This document shows positions 25,950 to 43,490 of a DNA stretch of 63,697 nucleotides, in pieces; the stretch's first letter is position 1; each line of letters begins with the position of its first letter. A program made the position numbers and the translations under genes. Under the pieces are notes generated by a model. It did no database searches, was not told where the DNA came from, and saw only the letters and a list, made by a program, of their open reading frames with translations. This DNA is from Chara braunii (taxonomy: Eukaryota; Plantae; Charophyceae): assembly GCA_003427395.1 (NCBI GenBank), contig BFEA01000046.1:719499-783195 (forward strand), in the 5' to 3' direction.

Positions 25950-28900
25950 GAGTACGATAGTTGTTGCTCCTCTGACTTTCTCAGGTTTATTAAACTGCTT
26001 CTGTGACGTGGCTGTTTCGATTGTTACTCGTGCTCTGACAATTTACTGTGTCCAATTGTGACCAATCCCAAATCTGGTCCGTTTTTTCCAGTCTGTCTTT
26101 GTTTGATGTTTGCACAATTTCTCTTGGAGTCGGTGATTAGATCCTCTTACGGTTCACCAACAATAATTTTTCTTGCCTCTTCAACGGATCCTACAAATGA
26201 GAAGGTGCTGTGTAATTTTTCATTTGACCCGTGAATATAGCAAGTGTACTCAATGCGTGTCTGTTCCTTCACATGTGTCAAAGCGTGTTCCATCATGAGT
26301 TTTGTTTGATGGCAAAGGTCCTATGCTACTTTTTCTTCCCAGCCTTCGTCTCTGTCTCGGTGCAGTGAACAGGTCACTCTCAGTGTGCTCTCACTCCTTA
26401 TATCTCCACAAAGACCCATTGTACTAAAATGATATGATTGCCCTCACGTGTCAAGATACATGCTGGAACTGATATGAATGGTGATAGATTCTGATTGACA
26501 GAAATCTGCAACGCACCACCCTTCAGGCTGAGCGTCTCTAAGAAATATATTAACTGAGAGAGACCGGTCTGTCGTAGTTGTCAGAAAATGGTTAATTAAT
26601 TGAAGCTTGAATAAAATCACAAAGCGAGCGCCTCGTTTCGACTCGTCCTGTTGTTCTTAATGGTGAGTCAGGGCCATGCAGTCTGCCATTACGATCGTAG
26701 AACTGAAAGACGTACTCAATGTTTTCCCCTCCCTCTGAGTTTATTGATCGCACGTTCCCTTAGCATAGGAATTACTATGCAATGTCTCGAATAGCCTAGG
26801 CCTTCCAACTCTCATGTTTGTCCAGGTTAGTTGTACTTTTAACGTCTCTGCTTTTTTTTTTCCGTTTTCTTTATCCTCTTCAAAGTGGTGATCTTAGAGT
26901 TAAGAGGAAGAAGGCAAGATTTTACAGTCATGCAGGGTTCACCACATGCCACGCACACACAGATATTGTTGCAGACTCAGAAGTACCATGGTCATGTACA
27001 GCATAAGGTTCCACTAAACACGGTCTGTCTTATCGTTACTCAGAGGATCTCCGTCCCGACCACCTAGACAAACACCGTGGCAGGTACTCCTAGTCACTGT
27101 TAGTACGCATGCAGCCACTAAGTGCCATCTTTTACAGCTCCTGGACTCTGGCTTCTCAAACTCGAGGGTAGACTCGTAGGATTATGCCACTAAACAATTA
27201 CTGACAGCTTCCTCGACATGACAGATTCGCACTCACCCCTTTTCTTTCCCATTTTTCTCACAGGTCTCTTCCTGTCGATCCTTCGGGGTAGAATGCCGAA
27301 AACTCCGATACTCGGGCTTTTTACTGTCAATGCACTCTAGTAATCGCCAGTTCTAGATACAGTCGACAAACATGCAATAATTGGCTCATGCTGCGATTTG
27401 CATAGTGTCAGTGCCTTACCGAACTCACAGCAAGGACTGGTCCCTCACACCTGCAAAAAGCGGTACTTGGTATGGGGACTGATTCCTTAGAAATGACCAG
27501 TGGAGTCAGCGACACGACATTTACACAACGATGATCCCTCTTTCCTCAAAGCGTTAGTATTGGCATGAAAACGACCACACTAAGGATGCGTTCAAGCCGC
27601 ACCAAGCACTGTGTCACCCAGACCACAACATACTCAAACACAAAAGGGTACTTCAGTGATTCTGCAACGACCATTGTCAGGCTCCTTCACACATAGTAGT
27701 ACTATCCTAAGAGCTTTGTTTTTGGCCTTCCGCTCACGACTTGATCACTCTAAGCTCGTTCGCCCCATTCTTTATGTCATTACTGGATTCTCCTTTGGTC
27801 TTTGTTATCAGGCTAATAGATAAAGATTGGCGTTTTGACCCCACCACACGACCATGCTCAGTTCATTGAGTTAGGTCGCAGGGTTATTCTGTACTCAGTA
27901 CTGTAACCCCGAGCATGAGATTATTCTCGCTTGGGACTACGTGCGCAGAGGATGCATATGCTTTAGTCATAACCTATTAGCAGGATTCACGCTTAAAACA
28001 GGATGAGACCCTGTGCACATTTGTATGGGTTTCACCCGTGCTCGACACCCTCTTGGTATCGAACACAACTGATGTTCATATTTGGTTCATAAGAAGGTGG
28101 GGGGGTTAATGAATTCCTCAATTCATCTTCAGCACAAAGACCTGCTTGTGCAGCGCCGTATGTTTGCTTGCTGTCATGGAATATAGGAAGATTAACACAC
28201 TTGCATGTAGGCCAAGCAGAGCAAGATCATCTAATCACCATAAAAAAGGAACTTAGCAAGGAGGTAAGCCACTTTTCTGAGCACCCTCCTTTTCCCCATC
28301 AAACACATAGGGCATACAACGAACGAGCATCATCCTATTAAGCTCGCGGATCAAATTGCCAAAACAAAGCTCTTATTTATTCTATTTACAAGCGGCAACA
28401 ATACTTATTTAGTCATATCGAGGCATACCAGCGAGAAAGACTCACAGTCATGGTCAAGAAGTTCGGTTCCACCAGCCCATCAAAAGATGCTTTGCCTATT
28501 TTTCTCAGTATAATGATTAAGTAATAAAAAACAAAAAAGGAAAAGACAATACTCCGGGGAAGAGGTTCAGAACAGTACATTAATATCTCGCTCGTGAAGT
28601 CCCTTGTTACCCACCGATTATCACTCGAAGAGCTAAGTCTAGCCAATCATGTTTAACACACCTGAAAATTGGGCACTTGACCACTTTAACCCGCCAAATC
28701 AGACACGGGAATGCCTGGCCAATAGCCTCTGATGGAAACAGGACAAGAGGAGGGGGATGAAGCAGCCATTACTACTACCACAAAGGTGTCTCAAGAGAAT
28801 CAAACTCGAGTCCCAATATGTTTTCAAGGGAGAACTACGTTCTGATGCTCAACTCTCCGTTCCTTCCGAAGCTCTACTCTTACTTACGGCTCAACAAGAG

Positions 28901-30710
28901 ACTGTTACTCACGCACAAGCGAATAACACACCATCACCGATCGAAAGCACTCGGCTCAATCTCTCGAAAGGGAACCTCTGTCATTCATACTTGATACAGT
29001 CATCCACCCCCTCACCTTCGCCAACCACTATAGCAAGGGTTGCTAGAGTAGTGTCACATCTGGAAGAGGTAAAAATCATTATCACAAACTCGTACTGGAG
29101 ATGTCAACAAATTATTATTCGTACCTTAGGAGGATAGAATGTCGAGCCCCCTTTGCTACGTGTTGTGAAATGTAAATAGTATCGTCTTGTGACCAGTAAT
29201 TCACTGACACCGAATGTACAAAGAACCAACTCAATCATCGCCCAGAACCTGCATGTGGCTCCTAGCATCCAAAACTACAACTCTCTTCTTCTTTTGCCAC
29301 CCATGGAATGAGAAGTCGAATCAACCGGGTTACACACAAAACCATTGCCCTTTGGCGTAGATCGTCTGTCGCGACCAACCAAGTTGACCTCGTAGTACAG
29401 ACTCGCACGCCTCACTTGTCTCTTACACAACTTATTCTCACTAACTGGTCCACTGAAAACACTCGAGGTAGCGAGCGAACTCAGGCTCATGAAGGAGCTC
29501 CCGTAAGGAAAATCAAAGATCATTCATCGGAGGCAGATGGCATCGACCGAACTCAAGGCGTGGCTCAACTCACTCGTCTCCTCTGCCAATGACCCAGAAC
29601 TGAGCTGGCTCCCTCATGAGTACATGTGCATCCGACGGAAATCAAGTTGACGACACATGCAAGGAGGAGAGCGGGAAACGCTGATGATGTCACCCAATAC
29701 AGGCGACGCTCGTCTACATTCATGCTTGTCACACCCGCACTTATCTCTCCTTTCTTCGCCGTAGCGCGTGCTCGGGACCTCTCCTGATCGCTTGCTCTGA
29801 TGGTTAGTGACTGCAATCCTCGTACAAGCGAGGGGCTGTTCGATCTGTCTCCAAGACCTGTCTCCAAGACAGGGAAGCAGTTTGTGGTTGGCGTGAAGCA
29901 CGCAAAACAAGTCACGACCTCCACCATGCCCCGCAGGTTAACCTCTTTTCCTGGTCGACACCACTCACACTGCGCCTACAAAGTCTTTTCCCTCTCGTTC
30001 TTGATTGTCATTGTTGCAAGCGCGTCTGGTCTGTAACTACCCCATTTTCCTTAGTATTGCCCCCGCCAAGAATTAGCCTCTGGACCACTCTGTCTGGCTT
30101 GCCACACGCTGAAGTCAAGTTTGAAGTCAGCATTCCGAGCACACATACTGCGCTTGCCTCCCCCACGGTCTAGTTCTCCTTTCTTGAGTGTCGTCTGTCG
30201 TGTCCCTACTGGCCGCTGATCCTTTCAATCTGGTGAGAGCATAAAGTCCCCTAGCACAGAGCAAGGCTGTAGTTTCAAGCTGCGCACCGTTCGCAGGGTA
30301 ATGATGGCTATCCCACAGGGGCCAGGCTCGTGTTGAAAAGCCCAATGCCCACCATGGACACTCCATGCACTGCTGCGCTCCCTCGTACTCTTACCGCCAG
30401 CTAGACACCGCCCCCTCTGTCACACATGAACTACTTCGATCTCCCGTTGACCTCGGAGACTCTACTCTCTTACATGTGTCTCTCCCTTGTCTTTCATTTC
30501 AACCGTCTTTTTTTTTTTTGGTGTCGTAGTCGAGTGGTCTCACTCTCACACCTGCTATTTTTTCAAAACTGACCTCTGGGCCAACCTTTACCGACTCGGC
30601 TGACGGGCGTTCTCTACTCCACTACCCTAACTCATGCCAGGACTGGGTCTGGGCGTCACTTGCTTCGAACTCAGCCCCTGAGTCCCCCTGTTTTTCTAGT
30701 CATGCTCCGC

Positions 30711-31142
30711 CTAGCGGTGCAGGTCCTTGTGTCGCTGAGCGTTCGTTTTTAAGCCCCTCTCTACAGACTCGGCGGACGGGTGATTCCATCGCCATTGGTC
30801 CAGTCCATGCCAGGACAGAGTCGTGGCATCCAAATCGCTCTCCTCGCTTTCGGCCTCAGTGTCGCGATCTAGGTGTCGTTCTTCCCGATCCACCGTGTCC
30901 GTGGATGTCCCTTCGTCCAGGTACACGACAGTCACCCTCATCTCGTCCGTGACCCCGTCTCGTCTGCACCTCCTTTCTGCTCGATCTTTTGCCATTGTGA
31001 TCGCCATCTGTAGGCCTGGGTCCGCCCTCATCTCCTCCTCTTTTCCCCCTTCTACATTTATCCTCAGCTTCATCTCCCCCCTGCCGTAACTGTAGTCCAG
31101 CACAACTGTCACCGTAGGCCCATCTCCCGACATCCGCTCCAA
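30711..31142 (-). pseudogene. Family-Z ORF in the G1 5' LTR (5'-truncated)
   Basis: RINVEGGKEEEMR...AKDRAERRCRRDGVT...LSWHGLDQWR. Confidence 0.72.
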
Positions 31143-32204
31143 TCGACGAGTTGAAACTCCAAGATTAATAAAATAAAATTAATTCGGATGGTTCTGAAAA
31201 AAACGAGGGACTGAACTCTGACAATCAGGGCCCAAGTAGAGCTTAGCGTGCTACTGCCAACTACCAGTTCTCGTGAAAGCACGTAAAGCGGCCACAAGTC
31301 CGACCCATCAGTCCCATAATGGGATACCGAGGGGCACCCTCGTTTCTTCTAAACACGCCACCGGGCTAACCTTCACGGGTACCCGTGTCCGATGGCAAGG
31401 AGGGGGCTTATGACCTTCCGAGGGAGGTGATAAGCCTCCTACCAATGCGGCCGCGGGCTGCCCCTCTTTTGGGGTTCCACCGAGCGCCACCCAGTCGAAC
31501 AGGTCAGATCCCATGACGGTAAGTAAAAAGTCGCCCAGTCTAGACCACCAGGCTGCGCTCGGGGTTCGAAAATGAACCGTTAGTTACTCGGAGAACGACA
31601 AGAGGGGGAAATCAGTAAAGGAATCAATAATAATAATGATAATAACAACAAAATAAGAAAAGAAAAGAAATCATAACGCTGCAGCGGCCAGAGGTCACTA
31701 GATCGTCCCAAACAGAAGTGAGGGTCCAGATCTGTACGTAGATCTGACACTCGACTTCCGTTTTCTTCTTATCCCCATTTTCTTTTCTTTTTCTTTCTTT
31801 CTTTCTTTACCCCCTTTTGCGTTTGACTGTAACAACGGATCCATGTACCTAACCCATAACTTGACAGAGGGGCACTTGACACGCAGTAGAAAAGACAGCG
31901 TCGGTCCCTGTACTCTCGCGTCCCTGGGCGAGCCCGGCGGCTACCACGGCTACAGACCGGTAGTGCTTTGTTGTACAGCAGGGCGCCTAGCCTGCGTGGA
32001 CCAAAGGAAAGTCCAGTGGCGCACCCCTTTTGCTAGGGAGGGCACCAACTGGACCTGTTCATAGTAGGGTACTATTCAGGTACACCAGGAGCGTCGCGTA
32101 GGCTTCGGGAACAACCCGACGAGCCTCTGATGTTTGAGCGAAAAGCGGTTACTGAGTAGGAGCCTGACACACAGAGGAGGGTTGGGACACCGCGCCCTCC
32201 GACA

Positions 32205-32880
32205 GCGCGACGACCGAGAAGTCTCCAGTATGATGATAGTAGCACTCTAACCGCGTCCCCTTCGGCTTATCAATGTACACGTGCATGCAGTCAATTACCC
32301 CCACACATTCGGGGAACCCCTTCGCCTCAAATAAATTTAGCACCTCTTCCAAACAACGTCCTGTAGGGAATTGGAGGAGGTGGCCGTACTTGTGGAGGAT
32401 AGCATCTGCGACGTCCTCCTTGCTTCTCAATGCACTCGCAAGCCCCATACCCAAACTGTGGGCGGATTGCCGGTAGTATTCGCCCATTGCCCACCGGATG
32501 AGTGCGCAAGTAAACTTCTGCCCGGTTGGTATAGGCAACCGAAAATTGGTAGGCGAACGATGGATATGGGGCCCGATGCGCTGAAGAACTTGCAAAAACA
32601 GTGGTCGCGGTAATCTGCAGAACCGCAAGAACACCTTATCGTGCTCTACACCCACCCTTTGAAGGTCCCTTTACAAACCCCCGCTACGCTCCACCATCCA
32701 CAATCGCCTTCTTCGTTGCATGTGTCTTCCCAACTTCTGCTCCGCCAAGCAGCTCAACGCCATGTCGTGAACCACCCCCCTTGCGAGCATCGTACGCGCC
32801 CCCGACACATCTCGGAACATGAACGGGGTGATGGCGACAGCTTCAAGCACAACCATGACCGTAACGTTGCGGCTGTTCAT
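32205..32880 (-). pseudogene. Harbinger (DDE_Tnp_4/HARBI1-like) transposase, N-terminal half
   Basis: F.RFCRLPRPLF...GFPECVGVIDCMHVYI...YYHHTGDFSVVA; cut exactly at the G1 LTR end; one internal stop. Confidence 0.88.
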
Positions 32881-33551
32881 CCACTACGTCATGAGGAGAA
32901 GGATCATGAACATCATGTCTTCCCACTCGTCCTCCGAACTGCCAACATTTGATGGACACATGGCCACACTATGACTGTGATGGGAACTGCGTCAACCCTT
33001 TCACAACAACTGTCGTCGCCACTTAACAAGCGCACTATCTTCGCGGACCTGTGCTCCTCGCCAAACCCTCCTTCGTCGATGGCTATGGCTTTTCGTCATT
33101 GCTTCATACATGCACTCCCACTCTGGATGGTCCGCGTCGGGGAAAAGTGGTACCGACGGGAGGAGCGTGGGAGGGGGGGACATCCGCCGATGCTCCCAAC
33201 GGTCATTTCCGTGCACAGTCGCGCCCCACTGGCCGAGCGGACCCCGTGAGGCTGTTGTGTGCTGCACGGTACCTGTGCGGCACCCGCCACAACGGGTCGC
33301 TCACGACCACACACGGAGATGTCTTGGTGCAGGCCGATAGAAGGGTCTGGACCACAGCCCCGGGTTGACTTGCCTTTTCGGGAAATACCCCGGGGGGATT
33401 TCCTATTCGGGCTTGTCCATCCATTTCCAGTGCGGATAGTCAAGGCCAGCAGTGGGGTCCCAACGAAACGCAGCAAGTTCTTTCCAACCACGGTTGGCCG
33501 TTTTTTGTGGCCAGCATCAATTTCCAGCCGTCAGGCAGTGGGGTCCAGGCC
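32205..33551 (-). mobile_element. PIF/Harbinger transposon remnant, interrupted by G1
   Basis: Transposase fragment plus terminal CAGTGGGGTCCAGGCC (33536-33551) followed by TAA. Confidence 0.8.
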
Positions 33552-33554
33552 TAA

Positions 33555-34068
33555 GAGGTGGACCCCATTGGTCGGCAGCTGGAAAAGCAGTATGGCCACA
33601 AAAAACGACCGACTGAGTCTGGAAAGCATTTACCAGATTTCCTTGGGACCCCATCGCCGCCGTAAAAATGGGCACTGGAAACAACACCACCTCCCCGAAA
33701 AGGAAAACCAGACAGCGTCCCTCCCGAATAGGTAAGTTTGGTAAGGACTGTCCATCACAAAACGGTCCCTGAACCGTCGATTGGACCACACTCTCATCTC
33801 CCCCGATGCCATCGGAGAACATGGCCCCCCCCCTAGTTAGCTGGACGCCCTCTTTGGAAAAGGAATGCCCGAACTTGCCCTCAATTTTCCTGACCGCCGA
33901 CCGTGTGGAAACGCCCCGTCAGCATCTCGGCAACCCCTTTCCATCACCGGCCGGGTCTGGAAAACCTTTCCAAAGAGGCTTTCCACACCTCTTTCCATCA
34001 CCAGTGGGGTCTCCAAAACGATCGGGCGCCTTGTTTTTTCCAAGTCGTCGTCCGGTGGGGTCCACCTA
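33555..34068. mobile_element. Harbinger-type MITE 1
   Basis: Imperfect TIR GAGGTGGACCCCATTG / CGGTGGGGTCCACCTA, flanked by TAA at 33552-33554 and 34069-34071. Confidence 0.75.
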
Positions 34069-34150
34069 TAAGTATTCTAAGCAAAAACAGAACCTCTCAA
34101 TTCTCGACTGACGCGCTTATCCCAACCCAATCGCCAAGTCACTACTGCTA

Positions 34151-34898
34151 GGCTTGGACCCCACTGCTCGGCGGTTGGAAAAAATGGTTGGCCGCGGAAA
34201 ACGGTCAACGCCGTCTGGAAAACCATTTCCAGAAAAAGTCGAGGCCCCACCGCCACGGTCTTGCCGGCTTCTGGAAAAGGACTTCCATTCCCGAAATGGA
34301 AAAATAGGAAGGTCGCCTCCCGAAATGGAAAAATAGGAAGGTCGCCTCCCGAAATGGAAAGTGTGGCGAACCAAGTGGTCCAGCTCCGTGAACCAGCGGC
34401 AGAAGTGGACTTGTCCTTGCGGGACGCAGTGGTCGCACCGCGACCGTGTGGCACTGTCCCCTGCTGGCATACGGTGCCCTCAGTGTGAAACTAGCCGTTG
34501 AGGAGGCTCCCGGCGGCACACGGGACTGCAAGCCCCCGCGGAACGGAATGGTCCCACACCCGAACGGTGCGACGCACGACTGTTGTCCGTGGTTTGAAGA
34601 AACGGTCCACCCCATCATGCACTTGACCAGGCCGCCCGTGCCCTGGTACGGCATCTCAAGAGATGCCCCCCCCCCCCCTCAAAAAACAATGGTTTTGGAA
34701 AACTGTCGCCGGACGGTCTGACAGTTTCTTCCAGCCGCCGACCGTGTGGAAACGCTTCCGATGGTTTTCCATGACAGTCCGGGATTGGCAGTGGGGTCCC
34801 GAATTCGCATTGGCGCACCTTCCTGGCGGTCCAGTGGGGTCCACTAAACATGGAAATGGAAAATGAGTTCCACGCTGCCGGCCAGTGGGGTCCAAGCC
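34151..34898. mobile_element. Harbinger-type MITE 2
   Basis: Perfect 16-bp TIR GGCTTGGACCCCACTG; CTA duplication at 34148-34150 and 34899-34901. Confidence 0.85.
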
Positions 34899-35295
34899 CT
34901 AGTCTCACGGTCACAATACGGGCTGCGCGCCCGCGCCTGCGCGGTATGTCAGTCTGGCACAGGGGTGCACCTCATGGGGTAAATTACTGCACAGGGGTGT
35001 ACCTCATGGGGTAAATTGCCGTCGGCCCTTTATCTCCAATAAACAAGCCGGGTCGAACCTTTGACGGCCCTTTTCCGCGCAGGAAGGAGCCGGAGGCCGT
35101 CGTTGCGGTATTTCCCGCTCGAGGCGAAACTTTCATACGTCGATCCACGGCTGGTCAGCAGTTCTCTATTATCGACGGCTTGTCGAAACCTTGAAGGGCG
35201 CGGTCAGCAGTGGTCATATTCCGTTCTCTGGATCCTGCACACTCTCTCTTGCTTGTTCCATCTCAGACTCCAGCTGCGCTTCCTGTTGAATCAAC

Positions 35296-39899
<4,604 letters not shown>

Positions 39900-40719
39900 A
39901 AAGATTTGACGCTGGAGTGGTTCACATCATTGGACTTCGCTGTTGAGAACAAGCAACTCTGAATGGCGGAAGTCCAGGCTCTTTGTATTGTGGCGGCGAG
40001 TCCTTTGAAACTTGACATCTTGTCTGAAAATGGTGCGGAAGGGGTTTTGAAGAGCGTTGGGTGATGAAGAGCTCGAGTCGAAGAGGTGAGGAATGGCCAA
40101 GATCTGGAGAGGTGTGTAGTAGGGCGTGTAAGATCATTAGGACGTTTTTCGGAAATCGTCGGCGAGCTTTCTTACATCCGATGACGCGGATGTTTCCGGA
40201 ACGGCTCGTGGATTATCCCTCATGCTGGAGTCAGTTTTTATGAACGACGTTAATTTCCCGTATTCTGGATATTTTCTCTCGATATGAGCTCTCGAGTCTA
40301 CGATGACTCTTTTTGAGTATGGTGAGGTCGCGGTCGCTTTCTGCGTTTTGTGAATGGATGTATGCGTGCAGTACGTCCTATGATTGATCGGTCGAATTCG
40401 AGCACATACGTCTCCTCGAATGTGCTCTTGTCCGGTCAGTTTGGTCTATCTGTGTTGTTTGAGAATGATGCTTGCCACCGTCACAGAATCTAGTAGACTG
40501 CGTGTGCTCCTTTCATTAAATGATGTGTTTTCGAAAGAAGTTGCACTGTTGATAAGCCCATAGAAAACTCACGCATTTAAGACGTTCCCCGTGTGCAGAC
40601 AGCTATTGTAGAACACTTCCGTGGTCGTGTGTTGCGAATGCTTTTACACAGCTTCACAGGTCATGGGATTCTGAGGTAGGGAGAGGCGGTTAACGGAGTC
40701 CTTGTATGACAAAATGCAA

Positions 40720-41360
40720 GGGACATTTTAACCAAGCTTGCCACCAAGTCGTAAAGTAGAGATCATGGTTACTAACTGCAAAAAAAGAAACGAACCTCCC
40801 CCCCCCCAACATTCAGTTTCAGAATTTCAGAAATCTTAGCAGAGGAAATCCCAATGCTCCAAATGAGACTAAATTTGGTACACAATCTTGAACCAAAACG
40901 AAAACAGGCAAAAACGTAAAATTTGACCCCCAAACACTAATTTTAATTTTGGACCTGTTAGTCAGCAGCTGAAACTGTGGGTCCCCGTTAACCACGTGGA
41001 GGTGGTTAACGGAGGCCCTAATTTGCAGACTATTCGTCATGCCATTTACAACAAAATCCGAGGGTCATTTAACGGAGGCCCTAATTTTCAGACCATTTGT
41101 CATGCCATTTATAATAAAATCCAAGGGTCATTTTAACCGAACTTGCTACCACGTGTTCAACCGAACTGCAAAAACTACCCCCCCCCTATAAAACAGCGAG
41201 GCAAAAGTCCGCTTTCATTCAAATTTCGGGAACCTTCAGTTTCAGAAATCTTGAGTCATTTCAGAAATCTTAGCAGAGGAAATTCCAATGCTCCAAATGA
41301 GACCAAATTTGGTACACGGTACCCTTGGACCGAAACAAAAACAGGCAAGAAAAAAAATTG
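40720..41360. repeat. Diverged direct repeat (~430-bp period), probably a DNA-transposon remnant
   Basis: ATTTCAGAAATCTTAGCAGAGGAAAT.CCAATGCTCCAAATGAGAC.AAATTTGGTACAC at ~40824 and ~41259. Confidence 0.7.
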
Positions 41361-43149
41361 ACCTGTAAAACCTAATTGTGTGTGAAACATGGCAGGCGCA
41401 TTGACAAAGTGAAAGGTAGCCGTATCGGCAACGTCTTTGCCGATACGTCCGAGGATGAATACCTAAAACCCAGTTAAAAAAAACGAAAAGAGAAGGAAAA
41501 AAAGCGAAAAATGAAAATCCAGTTTTATGCAATCGTGGGGGGATACGAGGATGGATTGAACATTTCTATTTGATGGACCCTTGCCCGGGCTCTGCCGAGA
41601 TGATCTTGGCGACGATTGATGCCAGATACGCCCACGAAAGTTCCTAATTTGTGTATTCCCCTTCGCAGTTAAAGAGCAGTTTGGCACGTGATGTACTCTG
41701 ATCTGGACCTGAAGCTGTGTGCTTTGTCTTCTGCCGCCCAGCTGCGCGCTGGTATAGGCGAATGTAAGATCCGGCCGAACTCACAGAGCTCGGAAATTGA
41801 ATGATTTTTCCTTTGTCAAAAAAAATGGGCGTGGAAAAGGGCAGACAACACCAAGATCGGTGGCACCTCTCTGGGTGCCGCCTGTTAAGTCGTAGCTCGG
41901 TCCACGCTTACACAACTTGCTGAGTTTGGGCGTGTGCTGAGTTTGAAGGTCTTTTCGCGTTTGGTGATTGACATGGCGAGGCCCATCACCGTTGAATTTG
42001 AGTTTCGATCGTTACCTTATTTACGTTTCTTCATGCTTAGACCTTATGGCACGCGCGAGAACGGTGAGGAGGTGAGTAGGGAAGCCTCACTGGTCGCGCT
42101 CTGTCGAACATCTCTAGAAATTCAGGTCGCCGTTGCTTGATGTTGCATTACGAAAACGCAGCAGATGAACTGATTCTTTTATCCTGCACTTCGTCGAATT
42201 TCTCTGATCGAGAGAGTGGGATCTTTTTCCAGACGCAAATATGCATTAATCACCAAGCTACTGTGCATTCATCCTTCTCAGAGCTGCCGCAGACGATGTA
42301 CAAGTGCTCTCTCTTCACAGGCCTTTCTGGAGGGTACTTGAAAACAAAAATGTTGTACGGGAAGTCCAGCAGATTGTGTCGGTGATCCTCACCCGAAAGG
42401 GCTGTGAAAGTTGAGTAATTGTACGTCGTCTCCGGCATCTTTGAGGAGGATGAACGCATAGTAGTTTGGTGATTCAGCGAAATTGTGTACATGACTATAT
42501 ATCTGTGTGATGGCAGAAGATCCCACTCTCCCCATGGGCACGATTAGGTTGTGTTTGGTGTGGGTGAACTGGCTGCATATCATCAGTAAAGTCAGGAGCT
42601 GCAGTCTTTGACTTACAATGGTAGATGTGAATTCTTGTATTGTATCTGTGAATGAATTTGGCCCGAGCATATCGAATGTTTTCAAGTCCCTTTTCCCCCC
42701 TGTAAGCTCTTCTCCATGAGCAGGGTCTGCATCCTCTGTCCCCTCGTCGTCTTGCCGAGTTAGGGAAGATAAGTTTAGGGTGTACTCGAAGATTTTGTCG
42801 CTGGAATCTTGGTGCAAATTAGGTTAGATGCATACCGGAAGTAGCCGGTGGGAGTACTTCCCTAGTCAAGGGAAAATGCCTATCAACGGACCGGTAATGT
42901 TGTAAATTTTTAACGTGTATCCAAGCTTCCATTCCAGCGGTGAACTGAAAATTTGGTGCCGTTTCGGACATTCAGTAGTATCTACGGAGCGGGCTGCGTC
43001 GCTCCAAATATGACGATTAGCTGCAAAACCCTCCCCAACTGTGGCAATTGTGAGCGACGCTCTTTCCGGTGGAGCGGGCTCGACGTTCCACATGACGATT
43101 AGCTTCGGAACCTTCCACAGACCTTGAGTGACCTGCATTCCGTCTACAA

Positions 43150-43490
43150 GGTTCCCAGCCACACATAACGGCTGCACTCATTTCGGGATTATGGCCTGAG
43201 GGCTGTGCTCGCATTCTTGGAGCTGGGTGTCTCGAGCGTATGGGAAGCTGTGGGACAACCGTTTAAAGGTCGTTATTGTTGGGAGGATTATTACAGGAAA
43301 GGTGAAAACTGCATTTCGTCTACTTAACGGTTCCCAGCAACACAACTGCTGCACTCATTTCGGGATTATGCCCGGAGGTCTGTGCTGGCATTCTTGGAGA
43401 TGGGTCTCTAGAGCGTATTGGTAGCTGTGGGACAACCGTTTTATGGTTATTTTTGTTGGGAAGATGATTACAGGAAAGGTGGAAAGACTA
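43150..43490. repeat. ~180-bp tandem duplication
   Basis: GGTTCCCAGC...CTGCACTCATTTCGGGATTATG...GCTGTGGGACAACCGTTT...TTACAGGAAAGGTG occurs twice. Confidence 0.8.

Larger units (their letters stand above)
1900..32204 (-). mobile_element. Giant Ty3/Gypsy LTR retrotransposon G1 (decayed, nested insertions, 3' LTR truncated at left)
   Basis: 5' LTR 24806-32204, PBS 24784-24801, gag-PR-RT-RH-INT order at ~21935-14950. The 3' LTR starts at 11876 and matches the 5' LTR (11125-11876 vs 31451-32204; 2170-2484 vs 31141-31454). Left end is approximate. Confidence 0.88.
24806..32204 (-). repeat. 5' LTR of G1 (7399 bp)
   Basis: Minus strand starts TGTCGGAGGGCG at 32204 and ends AAAAAGTGCGACA at 24806, 4 nt before the PBS. 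Termini match the solo LTR at 2485-11124. Confidence 0.88.
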
